DNA of 64,000 bases from Callorhinchus milii (taxonomy: Eukaryota). The stretch covers positions 70,000,001 through 70,064,000 of the forward strand of contig NW_024704742.1 of NCBI RefSeq assembly GCF_018977255.1. Direction: 5' to 3'. The first letter of the stretch is position 1. Each line of letters begins with the position of its first letter. Of the stretch, positions 47,557-59,844 are shown in pieces. A model generated the notes under the pieces. The model saw only the letters and a program-made list of their open reading frames with translations. It searched no databases and had not been told where the DNA came from. The translations under genes and the position numbers were made by a program.

Positions 47557-49985
47557 ATGATCAGACCTCAGGAAGCACCTGGATTAAAGTTGGGCAAATA
47601 AAAGGTGTGTCAGAGGTGTGGATTTGGTAACAAAGTGAGGAGTGGGTAAGGCAAGGTGCCAATGACACCACAACCAGGTTTGTGGGATTGTGTCAATAGG
47701 TGGTGGAAACTTGTTATATTGGGAGAGGGGGCATGTAAACATACTTATATAAAATAATAATCCTTAATTTTGATATAGCACCTTATCATGTCTTTGAGAC
47801 ATCTCAAAGTTCTTCACGGAATATACTGTAAAGTGAACTGCCTGTGTATTTTGTGGGCGAAACGTGGCAGCCAATTGAGCACCTCAGTGCCCCACAAACA
47901 GTAGGGGATTGAATGACCAAATTATTATTATTATATTTATTGAAGGGATTATTACCCTTGGAAAGTGATCCACCAATTGATCTAACAGAGGCGTGTGGAG
48001 TAAGGAAACTTGCCTAAGATTTTGCCCTGCCCAGGTCTTCGCTTGCGAAGTGAGTCCTCTAACCAAAAAGCTACAGGATTCCTCGAACAACCTTTGGACA
48101 GATTGGACCTCAGTTTACCATCTTGCTTGAAAATTGGCAACTTCGACAAAACAGTGCACCGTTGGAGAATTAGCCTAGACTATATGAGCTCAATGTCCTG
48201 ACATTGTCCTGTCCGTTTAGTTTGCAATCTTCTGACTCAGAGTGCTACCGACCGAGCCAGGCTTGCACTTTACAGTACCTGTGTGAAATACAAGGACTGT
48301 TATTATTCTGCTAGTGAGAATTCTTTGTATGTTACTTTTCAGGTTACAGTGACAGTTTGTTGAAAGCAACGTCAATGGGAGAATGACTGTGAAGTACTCT
48401 TGGTGATGAGTTATGGCGAGCTGATTGCTTCTAAATCAGCTCTCACAAGACATACTCAACGTGAAATCTAACAGAACCTGTGTATTACACAGCCCCTTGC
48501 TGGTTCCAATCATCTGAACAACAATTTAGTGCAAGTTTCTGAAATGTTAACTGGAATAATTTCACCCACACTTTGGTTTTGAATAGAAATGTAACTAAGG
48601 ATTGTGAGTAATAAACCTGGCTCAGTCGGTAGCACTCTCATGTCTGAGTCAGAAGGTTGGTGGGTTCAAACTCCCATGTGGGGACTTTGAGCTCACAGTT
48701 TAGGCTGATGCTTCAGTGCAGTGCTAGAGGGAGGGGGGTACAGTGCTGTATTATCAGACCTGTCATCTTTTGGATGAGATGTTGAATCGAGCTCCTGGTC
48801 TGTGCCCTGTAGAGATGGACATTAAAGATCCCACGGCGATATTGAAAAATAGAAGGTAGTTTCTCCCTTATAAACATTATTGGATTATCTTTGTCATTAA
48901 GTTCTTTTAATAAGTACCACAATTAAACTTGCATTTAATATTGGCTGCTGAGTTCATCCATAATATTCAGAGTCACATCACCTCACAGTGCATCCTGCGA
49001 CCCATTCAGACATCTAAACAACGTGACAAGGTGCTTGTATCAACAAGGATTATTATAGTATATTATTGCATCATCAATACATATCAAAGTGCTTCACAGG
49101 ATTTTACTGTAAAGTGCAGTGTGTGTATTTTGTGGGCGAATTTGGCAGACAATTTGCACACAGCAGTGTCCCACAAACAACTATAAAGTGAGTCACCGAT
49201 TTTATCTGGGGTTTTTGTCGGCCAAGACACTAGGAGAGAGAAACTCTTCTCTTTTCCGATAGCACCGCGGGTTCTTTAACATTCACCTGAACAGGGAACA
49301 GATGGGGAGCTGGGTTTACTGTCTCATTCAAAGGACGGCACCTCTGACAATGCAACGCTCCCCCCGGCACTGAGCTGGAACATCAGCCTGGACTGTATGT
49401 GTGTTAAGTTCCCAATGTGGGAGGCTTGAACCTACAACCCTCTGACTCAGAAGTTGAGCCAGGCTGACACACAAATTATACATATATATATATATATGTG
49501 TGTGTGTGTATATTAAAACTCTTTTCTTACACAAAATAGAATCTTAGCTGGACTCAAACACAAATGATTTTTGTTCCTCTTTCTTTTTCTGGTCTGCAGC
49601 CCTGGTTTGTTTCAAACCTCATGAGGTGACTCTCAGACTGACTGTGTCGAGGTTCCCCCTATTGGTGTGTCTCAGATGGGGCTATAACCCCCTCCTCGCA
49701 GCTACAATGCGCTGTTAGCACTTCACAAGACATGTGTGTTAGTCCCCGAAGGGCTGGAGGGTCTATCAGCGCCAGGCTGGCTGACAAGCTGGATTTCTGC
49801 ACACACTGTGCTGTGTGTTGTTAGATTTGGTCACAGATCCTGTGCGCACAGAGATGTGTAAATAATGCAGTTTATTTCGCTGGTTGGCAATGCGATGCGG
49901 TGTGTTTGGATCCCAGCTCAACTGCACATGCTGTCAGCAACCCCAGGACTCGCTGCTGCTTTGTGTGGTTTGTGTCTCCCTCAGT

Positions 49986-50022
<37 letters not shown>

Positions 50023-50139
50023 GTCTCAGTGTCTCTGTGCGTGTCTCTAGTTATCTTATGTCTGTCTGTTTGTCTGTCTCAGTCTCGGTTTATGTGTGTG
50101 TGTGGTTGTCTATCTGTGTCTCCATCTGCCTCTCTCAGT

Positions 50140-50500
50140 GTGGTCTTTCTGTATCTCTAAGTCTCTGTCTCTCACTGTGTGTGTGTGTGTGTGGTCTCTG
50201 TATCTCTAAGTCTCTGTGTCTCTCACTGTGTGTGTGGTCTCTCTGTATCTCTAAGTCTCTGTCTCTCACTGTGTGTGTGTGTGTGGTCTCTCTGTATCTC
50301 TAAGTCTCTGTCTCTCACTGTGTGTGTGTGTGTGATCTTTATATCTCTTAAGTCTCTGTCTCTCACTGTGTGTGTGTGTGTATCTGTGTAGTCTCTATCT
50401 CTAAGTCTCTGTCTCTCACTGTGTGTGTGTGTGGTCTCTCTGTATCTCTAAGTCTCTGTGTCTCTCACTGTGTGTGTGTGTGTGATCTTCCTGTATCTCT
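50140..50500. repeat. ~45-bp CT/GT compound minisatellite
   Basis: Unit tctctgtatctctaagtctctgtctctcac(tg)n, about 7 copies. Confidence 0.9.
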
Positions 50501-50639
50501 CTGGCTGTCTGTGCGCAGAGCTTCAAATGAAGTGAAATGAACATGCAAGGGAGCAAGCGATCCCGCCCAACCTCCTAGACAACAGAACCGAGAGGATATC
50601 CATCCATTCCTGGTTCTCAGCATCTTCTCCCGAATAATC

Positions 50640-50896
50640 CCAGTACAGAGCAGCCCAGCCCAGTATACAGCAGCCCAATACAGAGTAGCCCAGTACAGAG
50701 CAGTACAGGCTAGCACAGAGCAGTACAGTATAGCTCAGTCCAGTACAGTACAGCACAGCCCAATACAGAGCAGTCCAGCCAAGTACAGTACAGCCCAGTA
50801 CACAGCAGTCCAGTGCAGAACAGTTCAGCCCAGTACGGAGCAGTACAGTATAGCCCAGTACAGTCCAGCCCAATACAGAGCAGTCCAGTACAGAGC
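50640..50896. repeat. Degenerate pentamer satellite (CAGTA/CAGCC/CAGAG)n
   Basis: Clear 5-bp periodicity. Confidence 0.9.
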
Positions 50897-51028
50897 AGGC
50901 GAGAGAATGAGTGGATGGGAGAGTGAATGAGTGACTTGTGGTCTTGTTAAGTGAAACCTGACCTGTTGTGTTTGGACTTTGGGTTGGGTTGGAGGAGAGG
51001 GGGAAGTTTCTTTTCTCATCCGTCAGCT

Positions 51029-51549
51029 ATGGTCCTACACTCCGACCTCATCATGTCCGGCTCCCGCTCTCTGGACGGCTGGGAGAGGTTACAACACCGC
51101 TCTCCACCCTTCCTCACCAGCAGCGCCAGGGTCTCATCTCACTCTCCAACCCCAATCTCAAACCCAACTCCTGGCCACGTTCTGGGCAACTCCAGCCTCA
51201 CCAACTCAAGCGAGTGCGGGGAGGAGATCTTGTTGTATGGGGATGTGGAGAAGGTTGTGATTGGGTTGGTGCTGTCGGTCATTATCGTGTGGACAATCGC
51301 TGGTAACGGGCTGGTCATGGTGTCGGTGTGCAGCGTCAAGAAGCTACGGCAGCCCTCCAACTACCTGGTGGTGTCACTGGCGGCCGCTGATCTGTCGGTG
51401 GCGCTGGCCGTCATGCCCTTCGTCACCGTCACCGACCTGTTGGGTGGAGAGTGGCTGTTCGGAGAGGTCTTCTGCAACGTCTTCATCGCCATGGACGTCA
51501 TGTGCTGCACGGCCTCCATCATGACCCTGTGCGTCATCAGCGTGGACAG
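51029..51549 (+). CDS. HTR7: 5-HT7-like serotonin receptor, first coding exon (N-terminus, TM1-TM3); gene continues beyond the window
   Basis: YGDVEKVVIG..AGN..VKKLRQPSNYLVVSLA.ADLSVA..MPFV..CNVFIAMDVMCCTASIMTLCVISVDR is the HTR7 signature; phase-2 donor AG|gtgagc inside the DRY arginine, as in HTR7. Start codon and which HTR7 paralog it is are uncertain. Confidence 0.92.
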
Positions 51550-51848
51550 GTGAGCAAAGAGCTTGACAGGTGCGGATATCAGGTCTGGCCCTCTGTCTCT
51601 CTTTGCACTTTTTCTCCATGTTTACATGAGGTGTCTCAATGACCTGATAAGGTGCTATATCAAGTGCAAGGATTATATGTCTGCTTCCTGCCTATGTGTA
51701 GATAGGTGATGCTGCTCAATGCACCAGTTGCAGATATGGGAACAGTGTGGATATCAGGTTGGGTACTCTCTTTTTCTCTGTGTTCATACGTCTCCTCCCT
51801 GTTTCTAAATGTGTGTGTGATCAGGTGAGGCTACTCAGTCCTCCAGTT

Positions 51849-52135
51849 GTGGATATGGGCATAGTGTGGATATGGGCACAGTGTGGATACGGGCACAGTG
51901 TGGATACGGGCACAGTGTGGATATGGGCACAGTGTGGATACGGGCACAGTGTGGATATGGGCACAGTGTCAATACGGGCACAGTGTGGATATGGGCACAG
52001 TGTGGATGTGGGGTCAGCTTGGAATGGGGACAGCGTGGAGTGAGGACAGGGTGAATGTGGGGACAGCGTGGATGTAGGGAGAGGGTGAATATGGGGATAT
52101 GGAGACAGTGTGGATATGGGGATACTGTGGATATC
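51849..52135. repeat. 17-bp minisatellite gtggata(t/c)gggcacagt
   Basis: About 9-10 near-perfect units to 52010, then degenerate. Confidence 0.92.
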
Positions 52136-54301
52136 AATGTGGTGATCCAAATCCAGCTCAGGTCCAAATCCCTGACTGTCCAGAGCCTTGGGATGTCCTC
52201 CCGACGTAAAAGGCACTACACAAATGTAATTTGTTGCTGCATGCAAATTCAAGAGGGAATTAGGGATCTGTTAGTTGAATAATTAAGTTGAGTGGAGACG
52301 AGCTATCCCCCTCATGCCTCTTAATTCAGAAATTATTTTTTAAAAAGAAAAATAATAATTTTTCTCCAGTCCTTTGTTTTATGATATTGAGTTTCTCTCT
52401 AATCTTGAAAGGGCAGAGCAGTCATTGGGGGCAGGGAATCCGCCCACTCAGTTCCTGTTAATCCTACAAGCCAATGCCTTGACGTCACCTCCCACTCGAC
52501 TACTCAAACACCCTCTTCGCTGGTCTCCCCTGCTCCACTATTCACAAAATTCAACTAATTCAGAACTCCGCTGCCCGCATTCTCACCCGTAATAAGCTCC
52601 GTACCTCCATTACCTTGACAAACTCCATTGATTCCCGGTCAGAGAGCGGATTGATTTCAAGATCCTTACTCTAGTGTTTAAATCCCTCCACGCCCTTGAA
52701 CCCCACTATCTCTCCAGCCTGCTCTCTCCTTACACTAGTACCCGCTGCCACTGCTTAACTGGCTCCAGCCTCCACTTTGTCCCCCCGGATCATCCGCCCC
52801 ACTCAGCAACATGCTTTCAGCCATTATGCCCCAAACCCGTGGAAATCTCTCCCTCAATCCCTTTGCCTTGCCCTCTCTCCCCATTTTCAGGTCGCGCCTG
52901 AAGACCTTCCACTTCGATTGTGCCTATGGTCACCCTCCTCCCCATGGCTCGGCATTGGACTCTGCCACTGTTAAGCACTCCAAGACACCATCTATAGCAC
53001 CACCGTAAAGGGTGCTATAGAAATAAAAGTTGTTGTACTTGTAGGGTTGTCCCAGCTGGACAAGCAGTAGGAAAGCTTGCCAGACAGCGATATCAATGGT
53101 AAGCCATGCGGTTTTAGCTGGTTAGACTCCAGGATACAATCATTCCCCAATACACACTCTGGAATCCCCAAGTCTTGCCAACCTGCACATAATACTTTGC
53201 GGAATTAGGTAATCAGGATATGTCCCTCCAGGAAGAGAGGAGCGCACATTCCGTTCCTACAATCTATCTCTGGGATTTCCATGTGTAGGTGGGATGCATG
53301 GGATTCTCAGTTTGGTTTGGATAGCCTGAAGCCTGGTGATTGGTTTCCGCATGTGCCAGAAACCTGGCTGACCAATGTTTTTTGTCTCGACAATGAATTA
53401 TCTATCTTTCCTTACTCCCTTGCTCGCTCCCTCCCTCCTTCCTCTCTCCCCCCACCTTCTTTCCTCTCTCCCTCCCTCCCTTGCTTGCTCAGAGCAATGC
53501 TGTAAATTCTCTGATTGTAATCTCTATAAATTCAGATCTTGTCCATGGCAGCGGAGTAAGAGGAAGGGGGGAAGGGGGCTCAGCTCAGCAGTTTATTCCG
53601 AAGATGACTTTTCAAACCTCCCTCTAAGTCCTTTTGTGATTGCCTTTGGTTTATGTTCTCTGGTGAATTGATGTGAGCGAAGGGTTGCTGAGTGCAGTAA
53701 TGAACCTCAGACCCAGGTTACAATGCCTTCTGCAGGACACACACTGAGCTTACCAGCCATGACAAAAAAGAAATGGTAGCCAGTGATGGCACATTGATTG
53801 GAATCAGTCTATGGCATGTTTCAGCATGTTTGTTAAGTGCCAGTCAGTAACACTTTTCCCTCAGGCAAGCTTAACAACAGCAACAAATTACTTTTATACA
53901 GCATACAAACACAGTAGTCGCTGGTTCCCCGATCTAGAGGAGACCAAACGTGGATTGGGTGACTACTTTGCTGAACATTTCCATTCAGTCCACCAAATGT
54001 AACCCTGAGCTTGCCGTTTTAATTCTCCTTCCCACTCCCACTGTGATCTCTCTATCCATGGCCTCCTACTCTGTTCGAACAATGCTCATTGTAAGCTCGA
54101 AGAACAGCACTTCATCCACGTCCTGGGCACCTTACAACCCTCTCGCTCAACATTGATTTCAACCACTTCAGACACTAACCACAGCTCCATCTTCTCTCAG
54201 CCTTGCCTCCCCCACTACCCCTCTTCTATAACAATTAAGGCATCCTCTGGTTATTAGACACATCTGTTCACTATATAATCTCCCTGTTGCTTTTGTCTTG
54301 C

Positions 54302-57300
54302 ACTACAACAACAACAACTTGGATTTATATAGCGCCCTCCACGGCGGACAGCGCCTCAGAGCTCTTTACAGTAACGGATCCCGGGACCGAGCCAGGGGGA
54401 GGAGTGGGAAGGTGACCAAAGGCACGGTCGAAAAGAAAGATCTTCAGCAGAGACCTGAAAATGGGAAGGGAAGGAGCGAGACGAAAGGAGTGAGGAAGGC
54501 AGTTCCAGAGCCTTGGGGCATATTGGCTGAAGGCACGGCCACCGAGGGTGGAGTGGAGGACTCGGGACAAGGAGGAGGCCAGATCCGGAGGAACGAAGGC
54601 AACGGGTGCTGTTTTGAGGAGACAGGAGGTCAGAGAGGTAGTGGGGTGCAGAGAAGTGCAAGGACTTGAATACAAGGGTGAGGATCTTGAAATCGATCCT
54701 CTCTGGGATAGGCAGCCAGTGCAGTCTGGCAAGGACTGGGGTGATCGGGGAGCGGAGTTTCATGCCGGTGAGAATGCGAGCAGCAGAGTTCTGAATAAGT
54801 TGGATTTTATGGATGGTAGTGGACGGGAGACCGTCGAGGAAGGCGTTTGAATGGTCCAGCCGAGAGGTGACAAATGCGTGGACCAGAGTTTCAGCGGCTT
54901 TTGGGGAGAGATATTGGCAGAGACGGGCGATGCGTCGGAGGTGAAAGAAAGCGGTGCTGGTGAGGGACCGGATATGGGGGAGGAAGGATAATTGGGGGTC
55001 GAACCTGACGCCTTGGTTGCATACGGGTTCGGAGAGTTTTAAGGGGAGGTCGGGTAGGTGAAGGAGGTGAGAGCCGTGAGATTTTAGACGTTGACGAGAG
55101 CCGAAGAGTATGGCTTCCATCTTGTCAACGTTCAGCAGAAGGAAGTTTGCACTAATCCAGCCCCTGAGGTCTGACAGGCAGACTGACAGAACATCAGGGG
55201 ACTGGGGGTTGCAAAGAGAGGTGGAAAAGTAGAGTTGGGTATCATCTGCATACATGTGGAAATGTACCACATGTCTGCGGATGACATCCCCAAGAGGAGC
55301 ATGTAGATCAGAAAGAGGAGGGGGCCAAGGATGGATCCCTGGGGTACCCCGCAGATAACCGGGTGAGAGCGGGAGGAAAAGTCGTTTGTGAGATGTACTG
55401 CTGACGGTTTGTTAGGTAGGACTCGAACCAGGCGAGTGCGGTCCCACTGAGGTGGATGACAGAGGAAAGGCGGTGGAGGAGGATGGCGTGATCGACTGTG
55501 TTGCACACGGTGGAGAGGTCCAGGAGGACAAGGAGGCAGAGGGAGCCCTGGTCACAGATAGAGAGGATGTCGTTTGTGACTTTCACAAGCGCAGTCTCTG
55601 TACTGTGGGCAGGGGGGAAACTGGACTGGAGGGACTCAAAGAGGGAGTGGGGGGAGAGGTGTGCGCTAAGTTGGTTTGCAACAACACTTTCTAGAACTTT
55701 TGAGAGGAAGGGCAGGTTAGAGATAGGGTGGTAGTGGCTGAGGTTTGAGGGATCTAGGGAGGATTTTTTCAGGAGGAGGGTGATGACAGCAGTTTTGAGG
55801 GAGGCAGGGACTGATCCGGAGGCGAGGGACTGGTTGATAATGTCAGCCAGTAGTGGGCAGAGGAGGGGGAGCTGTGTGACCAGTGAGTTGGTGGGGAGGG
55901 GGTCGAGGCAGCAGATGGTGAGTTTCATGGAGGTGATGGTGGGTAAGAGGGAGGAGGGAGAGATGGTGAGGAAAGAGTGTAGAAAGGGGGTGGTGGTAGG
56001 AGCAGATGATGAGGAGGGTGAGGGGGCAGACAGGGCGTGGTGGAGGGTGACAAGGGGCAGGATGTTCAGTATTTTAGTTGAAAAGAAGTCCATGACCTCC
56101 TCGCACTTGGCATTTGATATGAAGATTGAGGAGGCCTGAGGGGGGCACGGAGTAGGTAGTGGGTGGTGGAAAAATGGATTTGGGGATTGTTTTTGGCCTC
56201 CAAGATGATGATGAAGTAGAAGCCGTTTTTGCTTGTGTCAAAAAACGGCGGTAGCTGTGGAGGTGCTCGAGCCACAGTTGGCGGTGAACTGTCAGGCCAG
56301 TTTTCCGCCATCTGCGCTCGAGCAGCCGGGTTTGGGTTTTTTGGCGGCGGAGATTGTTGTTGTACCAGGGGGATCGGGAGGGTTGGAGAGGGTCCTAGAT
56401 TTTAGCGGAACGAGGGAGTTGAAAGTGGAGGAGAGGTGATCATGGAGCAACTGGACGGCTGCTTCAGGATCTCCGCGGGTGGAAGGCCAGACGGATAGGA
56501 TGTTTGAAGATGAGAGGGCCTTTGTGAGGGTCTCAGGGGGTAGCCTTTTCCAAGGGCGTAGAGGATGGTTGAGGGCTTGGTGGAGGAGAGAGGGATGTGA
56601 GAGGAGAAGGAGATGAAAAAGTGGTCTGAGATGGCCTTGTCCACTATGCTGAGTTCGGAAATGTCAAGACCATGGGTGATGATGAGGCCAAGTGTATCAC
56701 CACGGTTGTGGGTAGGTGAGTTTATATGGAGGATGAGGTTTAGGGAGGAGCGGAGGGCAGTGAAATCGGCAGAAGTGGTGCAGAGGGAGATTAGGTGGAG
56801 ATCACCCATTATGAGTAGGAGCTTGGAGCAGAGGGACAGGGAAGAGAAGAGAGTAGAGATGTCTGTGTGGAAGGAGCCGGGGGGCTTAGTGGGTTGGTAA
56901 ACAAGGAGAATTTTCAAAGGGAGAGAGGGGTGGAAAAGGGTGAGGTGCTCGAAGGAGGGGTAGCAACCAGAGGAATAGGGGATAAGACTAAGGGAGGCTT
57001 TGGAGATGAGGGCCACCCCGCCGCCATGTTGGTTTGGACGAGGGATGTAGTGGTAGGTGTAGCCTGGAGGGGAGGTTTCCACTAGGGGCCGGGGTCACTG
57101 GGGGAGAACCGGGTTTCTGTGCGCCCAAGAATATCAAGGTGCTCGTCCAGGATGAGGTCGTGGATGGTGAGGGCTTTATTTGAGAGGGAACGGATATTTT
57201 GGAGGGAAATGCGGGTGGGTTTGCTGGAAGGGGGGGAGGGAGGAGAGAGTGGTGCAGAGAGGATTTTAGGTTGTATAGGAGAGATGGGAGTGGAGAGTTG

Positions 57301-57722
57301 GGGGGTACGTATGAGGGAAGGGGGAGTTGGGTTTGCCTTAAGGAGGCGGTCTGAGCAGAGGGAGTAAGTGATGGGAGACGTGGGGTTGCTGCTCTGGGAT
57401 AACCAGTGCCGGGAGCCATAATGGACCCGGTGGAGGATGCCCAGGATGGAGCAGAGGGAAGTGGTGATGGGGTCGAGGAAAGAGAGAAGGCGGGTGGGAG
57501 AGAAGGACAGAGGGGGAGTAGCGGATAGTGGGGGTTGGGAGGAGAGATATAGAGGGGGGTGGGAGGAGAGACATTCAGGGGGAGGCTCGGGTCGGGGCGG
57601 CAGCCAAAATGCACAAGCAGAGACCGAGAGCGAGCGATCAGCAGGATGGCATCAGCTCGCAGGCTTAGTCTCCCAGGCCATGGCCGAGTGGCGGTGGCAG
57701 CCACGCCATTGTTGTTGTTGTT
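54302..57722 (-). mobile_element. Near full-length degenerate L2-clade LINE (APE endonuclease plus RT) in HTR7-like intron 1
   Basis: Minus strand: RISLQNIRSLSNK..LDILGRTET (APE N-terminus, about 57215-57110), GGGVALI and SDH in ORF 56402..57082, RT in 55308..56093 and 54356..55270 (YADD), (TTG)n tail near 54305-54320; several frameshifts. Confidence 0.92.
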
Positions 57723-57743
57723 CCTGTTTTTTTAATAATTTTT

Positions 57744-57883
57744 TTTATATAACTGTGACGTCACTTTGTGAAACGCGCCCGCCCCACCCCGTCACTTATC
57801 TCAGCTCCTACCTCCGCTCCCGACTGAGTGGCTCCTCACCTGGGCTGTGCTTTATATGCACGGCGAGGCCTCGGCTCCGCCCC
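57744..57883 (-). promoter_or_regulatory. Putative minus-strand Pol II promoter(s): GC box-TATA-Inr, then GC box-CRE-TATA
   Basis: GGGGCGGAGC (57883-57874), TATAAA (57856-57851), TCAGTC Inr with A at 57825 (TATA at -31); GGGGCGGG (57785-57778), TGACGTCA (57756-57763), TATATAAA (57751-57744); locally CpG-rich. Confidence 0.5.
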
Positions 57884-58137
57884 GCGCTCGCCTACCTCAG
57901 AAGATATACTACAACCTTACACCTACTTTCCCCTCTGCACCTAATTCCCACTCTCACCCAATTCCTTCTCACTCTGGCCTCGCCTCATTCCAGACGTAGC
58001 TCACTCTGGGCCCTCTGCACTATCGACATCTTTAATCCCATCATCTTCTGTCCCCATCTAAAAAAATTTTCTTTGACTTTCTTTCCCCGCCCCTTTCTCT
58101 GCTTGTCCTTATAATCTGCTCCCTTCAAACATCCTCC

Positions 58138-58270
58138 AGTTCTGATGAAAGGTCATAGGCCTGAAACGTGAGCTAATTTCTCTCTCCATGGATGTTGCCT
58201 GACCTGCTGCGTGTTCCCAGCGACTTCTGTGTTCATTCCAGATTTCTAGCAACTGTAGTACTTGCCTTTT
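58138..58270 (+). mobile_element. Penelope-like element end fragment with a minimal hammerhead-like motif; second copy at 45270-45405
   Basis: agtt-CTGATGA-a-aggtc/ggcct-GAAAC..agct, followed by gatg(c/t)tgcctgacctgctg shared by both copies. Confidence 0.6.
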
Positions 58271-58988
58271 GTTTACTTCCATATAGTACCTTTCACATCG
58301 GGAGGATGTCCAAAGGCACGGGACACTTAAGGGCTGACACCCAAGCTGGGGGTTGGAATCAAGAGGGTGACCAAAGGCAAAGTCAAAGAGGAAAGTCCTG
58401 ATTTGGGTCTTTAGGGAGACGAAGGAGTGAGGCAGAGGGATTTGGGAATGGTGTTAATGTGCTGTGGGTTCAAAGCCCTGTGATGAGGCTTTGAGCTCGC
58501 GGCCAGGGCTGACCCTCCAGTGCAGTGCTGGGGGAGCTTTGCAATCTCACAGGTGAGGTCCTTTGAGTTAAACGTGACACCGAGGTCTTGGCTGTGCCTG
58601 TTCAGGTGGATGTTACAAAGTCCATGGTGCTCTTCAAAAAGAACAGTGACTCAGGGAGTAACAGGAGAGGATCAGAAGAACTTAATAATGCTAAATAATC
58701 CTTACATTTGATATAGTGCCTTATCATGTCATTGAGATGTGTCAAAGCGCTTTACAGAATCTATTGCAAAGTGAATTGATTGTATATTTTGTGGGCAAAA
58801 CATGGCAGCCAATTGCGCAAAGCAGCGTCCCATAAACAATCGTGGATTGAGTGACCTAAAAAAACACATTCTTTTTAAGGGTTTATTACCCCGGAAAGCA
58901 ATCCGCCAATTGACTAACAACCAGGTTCCTACTTACTGCTGGGTAAACAGAGGTGTATGGAATAAGGAAACTTGCCTAACGTTTCGTC

Positions 58989-59844
58989 TGTCACTGTCAT
59001 CTTGTTTAGATTAATGCTTTACCTCCTTAGTTGGGGTTATTAATGTAGATATTCTGTATGTGTTAAGATTTTGTTCAAAGTGGAATGCCTTTGCTTTAAG
59101 TCTATTTGTCGTCTAGGGACCGAAATATAATTTAAAGCGGAAAGGACAACCTTGGCCACACAAAGTCTGTGACCTGGGTGAGTTACTGAAACAAAAACAC
59201 TGGAAGGGATCACGTGGGTCCTGGAGGGGGAACCCACTGATACATTGAAAGGGCAGGAGATTGAAAATGGAGGGAAAAAGTATCAATGTGATACATTGAA
59301 AGGGTAGGAGTTACGAGAATATTAAAGGAGGGGGTTCGCGGAGCTCGGGGTCACTTTCTCCTTGTGTGTCATCAAGGACGTATGTGCCTGACCTGAGAGC
59401 CTCGCTTCCAAGTCAAGATTGTTTTTTCTTAAGTAACTTTGGGTAAAGCTGCTGTGTCATAGTTTAGTGTCGAGGTATTTTCTGTTCCTTAATGTGGTGA
59501 CAAAATTATCATGTTTGGGTAGTGTAAGTTAGGGTTTAAGGACAAATAAAACACCGTTGAGTTTTCTATACAGTGCTTCTCGAGTCCCTGTAAAAATCAA
59601 GTTGGGAGGGACGAAACACAAGCAGGTTATTGCTGAAGTCAGCTGGCTGGTAGTACGAACGACACTGATGAATGCATCCCTTTGTTGCTCAATAAGTCAG
59701 TGGGATTACCTGTCGTCGTGTGTAAATTCTCATTAGTGGAGTTTCACTCAGAGATGGAACTTGCACGATACAGACAAAGGCCACCGAGTACACTGAGCGC
59801 TTTGTCATAACACAGATATGCAATTAGGGGTGAGAACCGGCGCA
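58989..59844. mobile_element. Probable solo LTR inserted in a family A SINE
   Basis: Starts TGTCAC, ends CA; splits the SINE at gtttcgcc|ctgcccgggaatcgaacc; 22-bp internal direct repeat (59238, 59289); AATAAA at 59545. Confidence 0.55.

Noticed and set aside
51849..52010. Regular short repeats superficially like a CRISPR array
   Set aside because: Head-to-tail 17-bp units with no unique spacers, no cas genes, vertebrate intron context: a minisatellite.
57437..58114. 225-aa plus-strand ORF and overlapping 238-aa minus-strand ORF 56988..57704
   Set aside because: Antisense or off-frame readings of the purine/pyrimidine-skewed L2 5' region; no recognisable motifs.
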